NCBI RefSeq assembly: GCF_006345805.1
Contig: NC_043001.1
Span: 36,890,001-36,954,000, forward strand
DNA length: 64,000 nucleotides
Direction of reading: 5' to 3'
From: Octopus sinensis
Lineage: Eukaryota
In this document: positions 13,808-25,300 of the stretch, piece by piece
Position numbering within the stretch: position 1 is the first letter of the stretch
Layout: each line of letters begins with the position of its first letter
The notes under the pieces: generated by a model
Told to the model about the DNA's origin: nothing
Seen by the model: the letters and a program-made list of their open reading frames with translations, nothing else
Database searches by the model: none
Program-made: the position numbers and the translations under genes

Positions 13808-13985
13808 CTTTGTGCCTGCGTTTGTCCCCCACGACCGCTTCGCAGCCGATGTGTTTATGTTCTCGTAACTTAGCGGTTCGGCCAAAGAACCCGATAAAAT
13901 AAGTGCTAGGCTTAAATAAGTCCTAGGATCGATGTGTTCGACTAAAATCTTTCAAGGCGATGCCCCAGTTAGTTGACTGAATAGA
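13800..13985 (+). mobile_element. SINE family A, 3' half
   Basis: TTTGTCCCC...CGTAACTTAGCGGTTCGGC...ATAAGTGCTAGGCTT matches the family A body. Confidence 0.7.
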
Positions 13986-14821
13986 GATAAAAGATATATA
14001 GTAAAAAACAGAAGGATGGCAAGGAGCATGGAAAAATAACGAGTCACATGTTGCTTCGAATTTTTTGTACATAAAAAGGTTTTAATATACAGGAAAGTCC
14101 AAAAGTTACCTTACCCAAGCACTAATAGGTATCAATGTGTGGGTAATATGTATCAATGTTTGACAACCCTGCATAATTTTTGAGTTTTCGGGATAACCTT
14201 TTTTTTTTTGTTTTTTGTTTTTTTGTAGCGTAGGAAAAAGTCATATTTAAATTACCTGTATCCGGTTCCGCTGATTACAGCTTTTACAAAGCTTTATGCA
14301 GTTTTTCCATATTCCTTTCTTTTTTCCATATCTAAACATTTTTTCCCATATTTAATCATTAAATAGGCATGCCGCTTACATACACATACACACACAAACA
14401 CACACGCACACACTCACACAAACACGTATATGTATAATATCTCTCTCTATATATATATATATATATGTTAATATTATTATTGGGTTTTTTTTTTGGGGGG
14501 GGGTTGTATTTTTGTATTTATATTCGTGTAGCATCGTCTGTTTTTCCGTCCTTGTTTCGTATATATTCGATGCATTTTTCCAAGGAATCTAATGCTCTTA
14601 ACTTAGTTTTTCATTGGGGCTGGCCAGATTGAAGCAATCTCAAGATTAATCAGCCGAAATTGCGGGGAGGATCCGGTTCTTGACTGAAGATAAAAAGCTA
14701 CGAATGAACACGTCCGTGTTTTTTTGTATCGTCTATCTGGATGTTTTGTTGTCCCTTTTTGTATCACCTAGTTGTTGCGTTCTTGTCCCATTTTGTATTT
14801 TATGATATATATATATATATA

Positions 14822-15213
14822 TCTTTATATATAAAAGAGAGGTTGTGTGCTGTCTGTCTCCTACGATTTAGATTCCTAACTACTCCCACATTTTGCGGTG
14901 CAGTTTAACCAAAACCGGGTATCTTATAGTCGTGATTCATATCGAGCCTTTCTGGGTATTAGCGCGCGTCTACGACGAGTCTACGATTTAAAAAAAAAAT
15001 TACCATCAATTTTTCCCATTTTTAATGCATTTTTGGCATATATAAGGTTAGTAACTCTCTAAAAATTTATTAAATCTCAGAACGTAAAAAGCTACAGTAA
15101 CACCCCCCTTTGCGGTTAGCCATATTGAGATGGCTATTATACTTTACATCTCTAAAAATGCTTATATAGTTATTTCCCTTACAAACCCGAGCAACGCCGG
15201 GCGATACTGCTAG
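14822..15213 (+). mobile_element. Non-autonomous Helitron, complete
   Basis: Starts TC after A14821 and ends with hairpin CCCG-AGCAACGC-CGGG plus CTAG before T15214 (A|T insertion site, no TSD). A second related copy lies at 19777-20285. Confidence 0.85.
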
Positions 15214-15228
15214 TATATATATTAAACT

Positions 15229-15312
15229 TACTGTTAACAAAAGTCAGAATGCGTGACGTTCAGTTATTTCATAAATGAAAAATGCATTAAATACTACAAA
15301 ACATACACGTAG
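15229..15312. mobile_element. Solo terminal fragment of the mariner at 16530
   Basis: TACTGTTAACAAAAGTC...AAATGCATTAAATACTACAAA is nearly identical to 16530-16610. Confidence 0.8.
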
Positions 15313-15613
15313 GACAGACTGGGAATTTCGTATATAGGCGGCACCCGCAAGATTTGAGTAGAATTAGGGCTCGAGCAAACAAAACAATACAGGGAGGACG
15401 TACTAAAGTAAACAAATGTAACTTGAAACGGTAGACGATGACAATAAATAAAGCCCTTCGGCCAAACGCTAGAGTGTTGGGTAACGCCTGGAAGAAATCA
15501 TCAAATGAATATAAAAACAGAATTAGTTAGAAAGGAAGGGAGAAAGTCTACAGTTAAGTGTAAGAAGACGAGAGAGAGGGCGGGAGGTAGTAGGGACGCT
15601 AGAAAAGGAATAG

Positions 15614-16030
15614 TGCGGCGAGCTGGCAGAAACGTTAGCACGCCGGGCGAAATGCGTAGCCGTATTTCGTCTGCCGCTACGTTCTGAGTTCAAATTCCGC
15701 CGTGGTTGACTTTGCATTTCATCCTTTCGGGGTCGATAAATTAAGTACCAGTTACGCACTGGGGTCGATGTAATCGACTTAATACCTATGTCTGTCCTTG
15801 TTTGTCCCCTCTGTGTTTAGCCCCTTGTGGGTAATAAAGAAATAGGTATTTCGTCTGTCTTTAGGTTCTGAGTTCAAATTCCGCCGAGCTCGACTTTTGC
15901 CTTTCGTCCTTTCGGGGTCGATTAAATAGGTATCAGTTACGCACTGGGGTCGATGTAATCGACTTAATCCCTTTGTCTATCCTTGTTTGTCACCTCTGTG
16001 TATAGCCACTTGTGGGCAGTAAGGAAATAA
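15614..16030 (+). mobile_element. SINE family B with tandem duplication of its 3' part
   Basis: Full copy at 15614-15845, then GTATTTCGTCTG...GTTCTGAGTTCAAATTCCGCC...GTGGGCAGTAAG repeated at 15846-16030. Confidence 0.85.
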
Positions 16031-16127
16031 GAAAAGGAATATTAGGACGAGAGAGACAAAGAAAGACAGACAGAAAGAAAGAAAGAAAGAAAGAAAGAGA
16101 GAAAGAGTTGCAAAGAATATATACATA

Positions 16128-16529
16128 CTTAATCTTTTACTTGTTTCAGTCATTTGACTGCGGCCATGCTAGAGCACCACTTTTAGTGGAAGAAATCTAC
16201 CCCAGGACTTATTCTTTGTAAGCCTTGTACTTATTCTATCGGTGTCTTTTGCCGAATCGCTAAGTTACGGGGACGTAAACACACCAACATCGGTTGTCAA
16301 GTGATGGTGGGGGGACAAACACAGACACACAAACACACACACACACACATAACATATATATATATACGACGGGCTTCCTTCAGTTTCCATATACCAAATC
16401 CACTCACAAGGCTTTACACGACCCGAGGCTATAATAGAAGTCACTTACGTAAGGTACCACGCAGTGGGGCTGAACCCGGAACCATGTTGTTGGGAAGGAA
16501 GCCTCATACCACACAGCTGCGCCTGCGCA
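16128..16529 (-). mobile_element. SINE family A, near full length
   Basis: tRNA head, CORE-like box, (AC)n/(AT)n spacer and 3' body ending in an AAAAGA-type tail. Confidence 0.85.
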
Positions 16530-17670
16530 TACTGTTAACAAAAGTCGGGATCCGTGGCGTTCAGTTATTCCATAATTGAAAAATGCATTAAATACTACAA
16601 AGCGTACACGTAGAGTATCCACAAGGACCCTAATTCTTCTTGGAATAAATCCCGATTTCGACTCGAAAAATTGATCCAACCAATCTCTCAATTCTGCATC
16701 TGTACTGAACAAAACTCCGCGCATAGCATTTGAAAGAGATCGAAATGGTGGGAACCTGTTGGTGCCAAATCAGGAGAGTACGGTGGGTGTGGCAGCACTT
16801 CCCAGCCATGCGTTTGAATGGCTTCCTTGGTCATATTGGCGATATGAAGACGGGCGTTGTTGTGCAGCAGAAGAACCCCATGCTGCCGATTGGGTCTTTT
16901 CTCTTGAATAGCCCTGTTGAGTCGTTCCATCTGCTGAACATAGAGTTCTGCGTTGACCGTTTGGTTCCGTTCAAGCAATTCGTAATGGATAATCCCTTCC
17001 CAGTGCCATCATATGCACAACATCGTTTTTATTCGGATGAAGATCTTGATTCACACGCAGTGTCGCCTGTTTACCGAGGCTAAGCCATTCCTTTCGCTGC
17101 TTCATATTGATGTACAGGCACCATTTTTCGTCGCCAGAAACGATTCGGTAAAGAAATCGTTGCTTGTGCCCATGATTTTAGCGGTGACGAGCAAGCCAAC
17201 TAGCGGAAATTGTGGCTCGTTAATTTTTGTTGCGGGACCCATGCTCCATACTTCTGGATCTTTCTCATCAAGTGAAGGTACTTCTCTATAGCAATGTGGG
17301 AGCATTCCATTTTTTCTGCCAGTTCCCTTGTCGTGGCTCGTTAATTTTTGTTGCGGGACCCATGCTCCATACTTCTGGACCTTTCCCATCGAGTGAAGGT
17401 ACTTCTCTATAGCAATGTGGGAGCATTCCATTTTTTCTGCCAGTTCCTCTGTAGTTTGACGAGAATTTTCGTGCAAAAGTTGGTTAATCGCTCTTCATCG
17501 AACTCAACTGGACAGCCAGAACGAGGTGCGTCTTTGAAGTCAAAATTTCCATTTTCGAACTTGGCATACCAATCACGAGCGGTTCTTTCAACTATGGCAC
17601 CCTCTCAATACACAGCACAAATGAGAGACGCAACAGAACAACACTTGCAGCATACGTATGGCGCCTAAAG
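16530..17670 (-). pseudogene. Decayed mariner (DD34D-type) transposase with one TIR and a 121-bp internal duplication
   Basis: Motifs GAWVP, SGDEKWCLY, ELLERNQTVNAELY, LLHNNARLH (D2 mutated), HPPYSPDLAP and WLDQFFESK are hallmark mariner motifs. TIR at 16530; the 5' end is truncated. Confidence 0.9.
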
Positions 17671-17689
17671 GACGATCATACGCCCTTTA

Positions 17690-18030
17690 ACATCAGGTGG
17701 AAACTTGCGGACCCTATCGCAATGGAACAAGACTATGTAAATTGTGTATGGCAGAAATATATATTATCCTCATGAATTCACATGAGCCAGGAGGCTACCT
17801 GAACTCCAGGACGGAAATTTTTAAATCAAAATTGCAAAACCTAGCTATTAAGCGAAGGAAGACAACTCGTCCGGACATGGTTTTTTAAGAGGAATATTTC
17901 TTGAACTATCACCGGTGTTCTTGCGTTAAAAAAAAAACATTCTTTGCAGAGAACGGTTATCGTTTAGAGAAACTGAAGAGATGTCTAGTTCACGCTAGAT
18001 ATGAAACCAATGGGGTTTTTTTTTAACTAT
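17690..18030 (+). mobile_element. Penelope-like element 3' fragment (GIY-YIG C-terminus plus hammerhead-bearing tail)
   Basis: NIRWK..TCGPYRNGTRLCKLCMAEIYIIL...YLNSRTE fits the W-x-PY-x-G-x-C-x-LC-x-E..LN.R.E pattern of Penelope endonuclease ends. A hammerhead lies just downstream. Confidence 0.75.
17964..18026 (+). ncRNA. Type I hammerhead ribozyme-like motif
   Basis: Stem I UUAGAGAAA/UUUUUUUAA (9 bp, 2 G-U), core CUGAAGA 17973-17979, one extra G, stem II AUGUCUAG/CUAGAUAU with loop UUCACG, GAAA 18003-18006, stem III ACC/GGU, GUU triplet. Confidence 0.7.
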
Positions 18031-18570
18031 TACGTTACACATACAAAAATATATATAAATACATACATAGAGAATATCAGCAGAAACGTAACGTGAAACT
18101 GTACCAATCACCGATTATATTCGCAATACACGAAATAGTATATACAGGATTACATATCAAACATAAAATACTTTTTGATCGATTGATGGAGACGGCCGAG
18201 ATTTCTTTTTACTCCGTTGGTGATGCACAAACTACACAATGGTGATTTAGAGGTATCTTTCATCCTCCTCAACTTTACGTAAGACCAACCTATCAAACTA
18301 CAAACTCACTAATGAGCACTTTTAACTTCCCTACCACAATGCATATTGTATACATATACGCATGTATTCATGTGAGCTTATATATGATACACATGCACAT
18401 GTAGTATATACATGTATAAATGTATAAATGAATATGTATTCGTGTGTGGGTGCATGTAGTTGTTGCCACTACCTGCTCGGTACATCCATTTTCTATAAAT
18501 ATTATATAGATTGATAGATAGATAGATAGATAGATAGATATATAGATAGATAGATAGATAGATAGGTAGG

Positions 18571-18625
<55 letters not shown>

Positions 18626-19051
18626 GTAGGTAGATAGATAGGTAGGTAGGTAGGTAGGTAGGTAGGTAGATAGATAGATAGATAGATTAGATAGATAGAT
18701 TAGATAGATAGATAGATAGATTTACATATATATTCAGCGTAGTATTTTCATCTAGTAAGTGCAAATGTAATAAATATATACATACATATATACATATATA
18801 CTCACACACATACATAAATATACATATATACACACACACACACGCAAACGCACAGAGAGTGGGGTGAACCAACCATTTTCGGGAATAATACTCAACTCAT
18901 AGAATTATGTATGTACCTTTATTTGTATGTATGGATATGTACACCCACACACACATACACACACACACATATATATATATATAAATATATATGCATATAT
19001 ATATATATATGCATATATATATATATATATATTATATATGTGTGTGTGGTG

Positions 19052-19084
<33 letters not shown>

Positions 19085-19091
19085 ACACACA

Positions 19092-19123
<32 letters not shown>

Positions 19124-19475
19124 AGCATGTATGTATGCATGTATATATGTATATGTAAACATGTATATATGTATCTGTAGACTTGGTGAAGGTTTCACGC
19201 ACTCTTTTTCCTGATATGGTAATTACTCTAATTTACCTACTGGGAATATAGTATATTTGTACCTGCTGGGAGCATGCGAAAAATTTTCTCTGATTGTATC
19301 TGGTATGATAAAGGCCATAATTTACCTCCAGGAAACCTGCATAATTTATGAACATTCCTGCTGTGAACATGGTAAATCTCTTATAGAATTATTTCTGCCT
19401 TGTTGGATGCATATATAGTTTTACCTACTGCAACTAAAGTTAATATACGAGTACCTTTGTGAAAATATCGTTGTG

Positions 19476-19516
<41 letters not shown>

Positions 19517-19524
19517 CATACATA

Positions 19525-19625
19525 TACTCTCTTTTACTCTTTTACTTGTTTCAGTCATTTGACAGTGGCCATACTGAAGCACCGCTTTAAGTCGAGAAAA
19601 TCGACCCAAGGAGTTATTCTATCGG
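19525..19625 (-). mobile_element. SINE family A, 3' end fragment
   Basis: CTTTTACTTGTTTCAGTCATTTGACAGTGGCCATACTGAAGCACCGC. Confidence 0.7.
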
Positions 19626-19776
19626 ACACACAACGACACATACACACAGACACACACACACACACAATACGACATATATATATATATATGTGTGTGTGTG
19701 TGGGTGTGTGTGTGTGTGTAATATATATATGTGTGTGTGGAATATATATATATTATTAATATATTATATATAATAT

Positions 19777-20284
19777 ATAGCGTATCGCCCGGCGTTGCTC
19801 GGGTTTGTAAGGGAAATAACTATATAAGCATTTTAGAGAGTTACTTCCCTTATAGATGCCAATTCGGCTTTCTTAGCTATTTCTGTTTTGGTGTCTTCAA
19901 GCCATGAAATCGTTGTTCTAAAAGAACGCTGGTCTCCTCCTGACAACGCTTTACGACGTTGATTTCCTTACACTCCCTTCTCCACAGCTTCACGAGGGAG
20001 GGAAGAAGGGGGAGAAGCAAACAGGTGCAGGTGTGACCATGGACGCCAACTCCGCCGCCATCGACACACGAAAAATTATGCATTAACATGGAATAAAAAA
20101 GATGTTAAATATTGTAAAATCGTAGACTCATCGTAGACGCGCGCTAATACTCAGACGGGCTCGATATGAATCATGACTATAGAGACCCGAATTTGTTTTA
20201 AACTGCACCGCAAAATGTGGGAGTAGTTAGGAATCTAAATCGAAGGGGACAGACACTCACACAACTACAGTTTTATATATATAG

Positions 20285-20285
<1 letters not shown>
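19777..20285 (-). mobile_element. Non-autonomous Helitron, same termini as 14822-15213
   Basis: The minus strand shares about 190 bp of 5' sequence and about 60 bp of 3' sequence (hairpin CCCGAGCAACGCCGGG, end CTAT instead of CTAG). The middle is different. Confidence 0.85.
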
Positions 20286-20344
<59 letters not shown>

Positions 20345-20454
20345 TGTATATATATAAGCACAGTGGTTTTCAGAGAGAGAACAGGGAACTCAGTATGTAC
20401 AAGAAAGTATATATGTATATATAAATGTGTGTGTGTGTATGTGTGTGCGTATCT

Positions 20455-20690
20455 TTATCATTTACTTGTTTTAAACATTTGACAGCGGCCATGCTTGGGC
20501 ACCATCTTAATGAATTTTAGTGGAGTGAATAGACCCCAGTACCTTTTCTTAATCTGGTACTTATTCTATCGTTCTCTTTTTGCTGAACTGCTAGGTAACG
20601 AACTAACCTATTTCTTAAGCGGTGGTCGGCAAACACAAAGACACGCACACACACACACACACACTCACACACAAACACACACATATATAA
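20455..20690 (-). mobile_element. SINE family A, 3' half (diverged)
   Basis: TTTACTTGTTT...CATTTGACAGCGGCCATGC...GGTACTTATTCTATCG. Confidence 0.65.
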
Positions 20691-20697
20691 TATATAT

Positions 20698-20892
20698 AGA
20701 AATGAGTTGCAACGTCACTGGTACCAAGCTGTATTGGCCTTTGCCTTTGTCTTTTCTTTGGACAACATCGGTGGCGTGGAGAGGAGAGACTAGTACGCAG
20801 GGGCGACAGTTGGTCATTGACAAGCAAACTTACCCGGGCTCGTGACTCGGTGCAATCCCATGATCATTTGCGACTGAAGCGTGTCTTTACCC
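20698..20892 (+). mobile_element. SINE family C, 3' part
   Basis: GAAATGAGTTGCAACGTCACTGGTACCAAGCTGTATTGGCC matches the reverse complement of 31330-31410. Confidence 0.7.
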
Positions 20893-20897
20893 TTTAT

Positions 20898-20930
<33 letters not shown>

Positions 20931-21139
20931 CTTACGCTCTGCATTCCTGTAAGTTCAAGCCGCTTTTAGGAGAGGTAGTAATAGCAGTTCTAGATTATTG
21001 TACTTTTTGCATAATTTTACTGTACAGCTAATAAGCTGATCTGCCAGCGTCTTATTCCAGACTAAGGTAGACGATTAAAGTAGCACTTTGAAAAGACCCT
21101 ACTCAACACTGCTTGTCATAGCTGACTAGTATGCAGAAT

Positions 21140-21370
21140 GATGTCTCGACGTGAAGACAATCTGGAAGTTCGCTATGCAATAAAGTTTTATGTTCAAATA
21201 GTCAATGACGCCACAAAACGTATGAAATACATAGATAGCTTATAGATTTATGTGCATAAGCCGAACATCAGGTTTTCGCTGGCACAAGAGATTCAAGAAG
21301 TGAGGGACGATGAGAGTTTTGAGGAGGTGAAGGTCCTCAGAACATCAGGGTTGATTGAGAAAATTCGCAA
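21140..21370 (+). pseudogene. Mariner transposase N-terminal (HTH) fragment
   Basis: EVRYAIKFYVQ ... EVRDDES...RTSGLIEKIRN resembles the mariner paired-like DNA-binding region. Confidence 0.6.
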
Positions 21371-21395
21371 TATATATATATATATATATATACAT

Positions 21396-21429
<34 letters not shown>

Positions 21430-21462
21430 GTATATATATATATATATGTGTGCGTGTGTGTG

Positions 21463-21497
<35 letters not shown>

Positions 21498-21533
21498 GTG
21501 TGTTTGTGTGTGGTGTGTGTGTGTGTGTGTGTG

Positions 21534-21733
21534 TACGAGGGGGTGCTGGAGAAAGGCCAGGCTGTAGGCCCAACCTTCCGAGTTCTTTGTTTTTCAGGGC
21601 TTAGAAAAATTTAATGACCGCTGTAGTAAGTGTGTGAATCTGATGTGGGGATATGTTGAAGAAAATCATAGTTAACTGATCTTCCTCTATTTTCTTTTCC
21701 CCAAAGCCAGGAACTTTTCACCACTCCTTCATA
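21534..21733 (+). mobile_element. Mariner-derived MITE
   Basis: Ends TACGAGGGGGTGCTG and GCCAGGAACTTTTCACCACTCCTTCATA. The interior encodes a mariner C-terminal remnant GLEKFNDRCSKCVNL..YVE. A related copy lies at 34053-34237. Confidence 0.8.
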
Positions 21734-21784
21734 TTAATATGTTAATAATACAAAATATATATGCTCAAAACATGAATATTTATA

Positions 21785-21960
21785 TATTCTGTTGAATGAG
21801 AGAACAGTGCATGCCCTGAAAGTGACACTGTGGTACAGATATAGAAAGCCCAATATACCCATCATGACTACCCGTCTGATAAGGGTACAGCAGGCACCTG
21901 TTTCATAACTATATATGCACGACACTTGCAGGTGGGGCCCAGCCAGTCTCACATTAAATC
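21785..21960 (-). mobile_element. 3' end of a retroposon family also at 28620-29390
   Basis: CATCATGACTACCCGTCTGATAAGGGTACA..GGCAC and CTTGCAGGTGGGGCCC are shared with 28730-28780 and 29046-29062. Confidence 0.65.
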
Positions 21961-22272
21961 TTTTGTGAGACAAGTACATTTCACATATATGTATACATAC
22001 ATGCATACATGCATAACCGATTGTTGCGATCGCTCTGGGACTAAGCGTTCACGAGAATAATAACCAGTTAATAAAATTAAGCAAATACAATGTTTGGGAC
22101 ATTTCGATATCAGTCACTGTTTGATAACATCATCTGTGATAACATTAAACGACCTCCATTATATACATTCATAAATACATACATATATACATGCATGCAT
22201 ATACATACATACATACATACATACATACATACATAATACATACATACATACATACATACATACATACATACA

Positions 22273-22304
<32 letters not shown>

Positions 22305-22494
22305 GAAATCAATTTAGCGGACTGGACAGAATGGAATTCTAATGATAAAAAATATACTCACGGACTATAACTGTAGATTGATACCTTTAATTGAGGTCGC
22401 TTTATAACTAACTGCCTCAGAACCAAATTAAAAAGCAGGATTTCACAAGAACCAGAATTTATAAGCTATTATTACAAATCATTAACTCGACATT

Positions 22495-22575
22495 TCTTCT
22501 GGTTTATGCTCTGAGTTCAAATTCCGCCGAGGTCAACTTTGCCTTCATCCTTTTGAGAGTGATAAAATAAACAAT
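22495..22575 (+). mobile_element. SINE family B fragment
   Basis: CTGAGTTCAAATTCCGCCGAGGTCAACTTTGCCTTCATCC. Confidence 0.7.
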
Positions 22576-22840
22576 CGATTAATCGATGTTTCCTCCATAC
22601 AAATTTCAGACATAGTGTCAATAATAGGAAGTTTACTACAAATCATTAATGAAAAGCTTCCCAGAATATTATGTTTAGTAAGTACATCTCTACATATGTA
22701 CAGGCATACAAACATCTGTAAACATTGACAAAGACAAATTAAAGGACGCAGAAGCATACATGCAGTGATATACAGGCTTACACGCATACATACTTATACA
22801 AATAAATGCATACATGCATACATACATACATACATATTTA

Positions 22841-23212
22841 CCAGTAATCATTGGGGCATTGGGATGTGTAACACACTGTCTAAGTCTTGATTTTGAGAAA
22901 TTAAGCTTCTCAAAACCAAGGAGGAGAAAATTGATCCGAAGACTACAAATCCAAGCCATCACTGGAACTGTAAAAATTTGAAAAACTTTCCTGAAGTTTA
23001 TCATTTAACTACATGCGCATGTCTATACATGCATGATGATACATACATAAAACAAGCATAGCAATCTACTCACGCACTGACTCCAAATACTGCACATATA
23101 CTCAACATACTTGCAGTGTTAATATTGTTGAAATTCCAATGAAGGAGCCTTGGATCTAGGTAAGAAACGGGCTCTTTGTTGGCAAGTAATCTTGAAAGAA
23201 AACCGAATAATG
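22841..23212 (+). mobile_element. R4/Dong-like non-LTR retrotransposon 3' end (RLE C-terminus plus probable UTR)
   Basis: PVIIGALGCVTHCL...(fs)RRKLIRRLQIQAITGTVKI*KTFLKFII* fits the VPIIIGALG...LQ.A..GT end of restriction-like endonuclease elements. The clade name is from recall. Confidence 0.65.
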
Positions 23213-23419
23213 ACATGTTGAATCGCTAGCTTCTTCACGCATTTTTTTTCTCTCCTTGTTTCTCTCCGTGTTTCTTTTCTGTGTATCTTTCTGTTGAAGA
23301 GCGTAGGCTCGAAACGTAAAAGACTTGTTTTATTTATATTCCTGAACGCCATACTAATACAATTGTTTGTTTGTACTCCACCTGCCTTCGTCTTTTGTTT
23401 ATTTTCATAAAGCTTCCCG

Positions 23420-23420
<1 letters not shown>
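23213..23420 (+). mobile_element. Short dispersed repeat carrying a minimal hammerhead-like motif
   Basis: Homologous to 33232-33390. Motif UCUUU-CUGUUGA-A-GAGC GUAG GCUC-GAAA-CGU-A-AAAGA at 23286-23323. Confidence 0.65.
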
Positions 23421-23479
<59 letters not shown>

Positions 23480-24134
23480 GTACGTACATACATACATACA
23501 CACATACACACATACATACATACACACATACGTACATACATACATACATACATACATACATACATACATACATACATGCATACATACATACATACATACA
23601 TACATACATACATACATACATACATACATACATACATACATACATACATACATACATACATGGCTACCTTGTTGGTACTGTGTAAATTCCAGTGAAGATG
23701 ATACGTTTCTGGGTTAGAAAGCAGGATTTTTCTTCTTTTTTTTTCTATTGGTGAGAAATTTTAAAAATCAAACAGACAGAGCACGTACACATATGCACAT
23801 GCGTTCACCCACTGTGGTTTTAGTAATTGTCGTATGAATGTGCAGCATATATAATAATCCAACGAAACGCTTTACAAATATATTGCCCAATTTCATGTAG
23901 CGAAAATGTTTGTAAAAGACATCTAGATGCTTCTACTCCCGTTGTGTAAAAGTGATGTAATATCACAAGTGGTGTCTCTCGGCTAAACCGAAAAAAACAT
24001 TTAGCTTCACGCAACACAGAACAAAGAGAAATTCCTTGTTTGCTTGTCATCTTTAAACGACACTTTGCTAAGCAAATAGAAACGAAACAAAATTAATATA
24101 CGATAAAAAAAAGATTGATGATGATGATGATGAC

Positions 24135-24186
<52 letters not shown>

Positions 24187-24627
24187 GACGACAACAACGA
24201 CCACGACGACGATGATGATGATGTTGAGGATGTAGGTGATTACAATGATGATGAGAAGTAGGAGAGGAGAAGGAGGAAAATGAGTAGGGAGAGCAGACGG
24301 AGAAGGGAATTATAGAATGTTCTATGGGTAAGCCTTGAATTTAAGTAGGTTTTACACTCGAAACCTCATCAAAACTATTTTTAAAAAATGGTTATTTATC
24401 TGTAGAGATATCGGAGTGGATGTCTGTGAAGAAGGATACATATAGAATTCTTGTATTTTGGGGGCAAAAATCATCCCTACTCGGAAGAGCTATGATCAAA
24501 GATGTCCCAGATTACCGATTACCCAAAGTGCTCTATATTTTCTAAGAATTTTTACAAAAACTTTAAGTTTTCATGGGACGGAATCAAACTGTTTTAAATG
24601 ATGATGATGATGATGATGATGATGATA

Positions 24628-24662
<35 letters not shown>

Positions 24663-24724
24663 GAAGAAGAAGAAGAAGAAGAAGAAGAAGAAGAAGAAGA
24701 AGATATGGTGGTGATGATGATGAT

Positions 24725-24830
24725 CCTGAAATTTTGGCGGAGGGGACCAGCCGATTACATCTACTCCCGTGCGTAACTGGTACTTAATTTATCGACCCCG
24801 AAAGGATGAATGGCAAAGTCGACCACGGCG

Positions 24831-24835
<5 letters not shown>
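24725..24835 (-). mobile_element. SINE family B fragment
   Basis: CGTAACTGGTACTTAATTTATCGACCCCGAAAGGATGAA..GCAAAGTCGACC. Confidence 0.75.
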
Positions 24836-24887
<52 letters not shown>

Positions 24888-24894
24888 TAATAAT

Positions 24895-25300
24895 AATAAC
24901 TTTTATTGGCCACAAGGACCCAAGACATGGAAGAGAATAACAAACGTAGAGGTTTACAAGAGATGCTTAAGACTGGAAGGTCAACCTGTGGCGTGCGTAA
25001 GCATTGGTGGTTAAGACCTGTGACCTTGGTTGTGGGGCAGCCAGTGTTGAAGTGCAGCCTTAATGTAGTATATCGGGGCTGTCGGCGGCCAATGGCTTAC
25101 TTTGAATTTCACTATTGGCAGCAATAAGATAGTTCTTATTTCTTGTTGATAGATTCTGCAGGGTGTGGGAGAATATACAGTCTTTCGCGGCGACAGTACT
25201 GGCAATTGCGGTCGCCGGATGAGTAAGGTGGGGCTCTGCCGATGTTTGTCCATTCGATGATGGGGTTACGTTCCGGAGCTGGTGAAGTCTCCAGAGATTT
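24895..25300 (-). mobile_element. Penelope-like element 3' fragment (GIY-YIG C-terminus)
   Basis: The minus frame reads NPIIEWTNIGRAPPYSSGDRNCQYCRRERLYILPHPAESINKK*, the same W..PY..G..C..C..E..IL..N pattern as at 17690. It ends AATAAAAG plus (TTA)n. Confidence 0.7.

Noticed and set aside
14660-14720. CTGAAGA...CGAATG...GTC in a dispersed-looking repeat
   Set aside because: GAAA box is broken and no consistent stems form. It may be a decayed Penelope end but is not supportable.
24100-24720. Poly-His, poly-Asp and poly-Glu ORFs (also 53195-53830)
   Set aside because: Trinucleotide (ATG/GAA/GTC)n tracts with no flanking coding signal.
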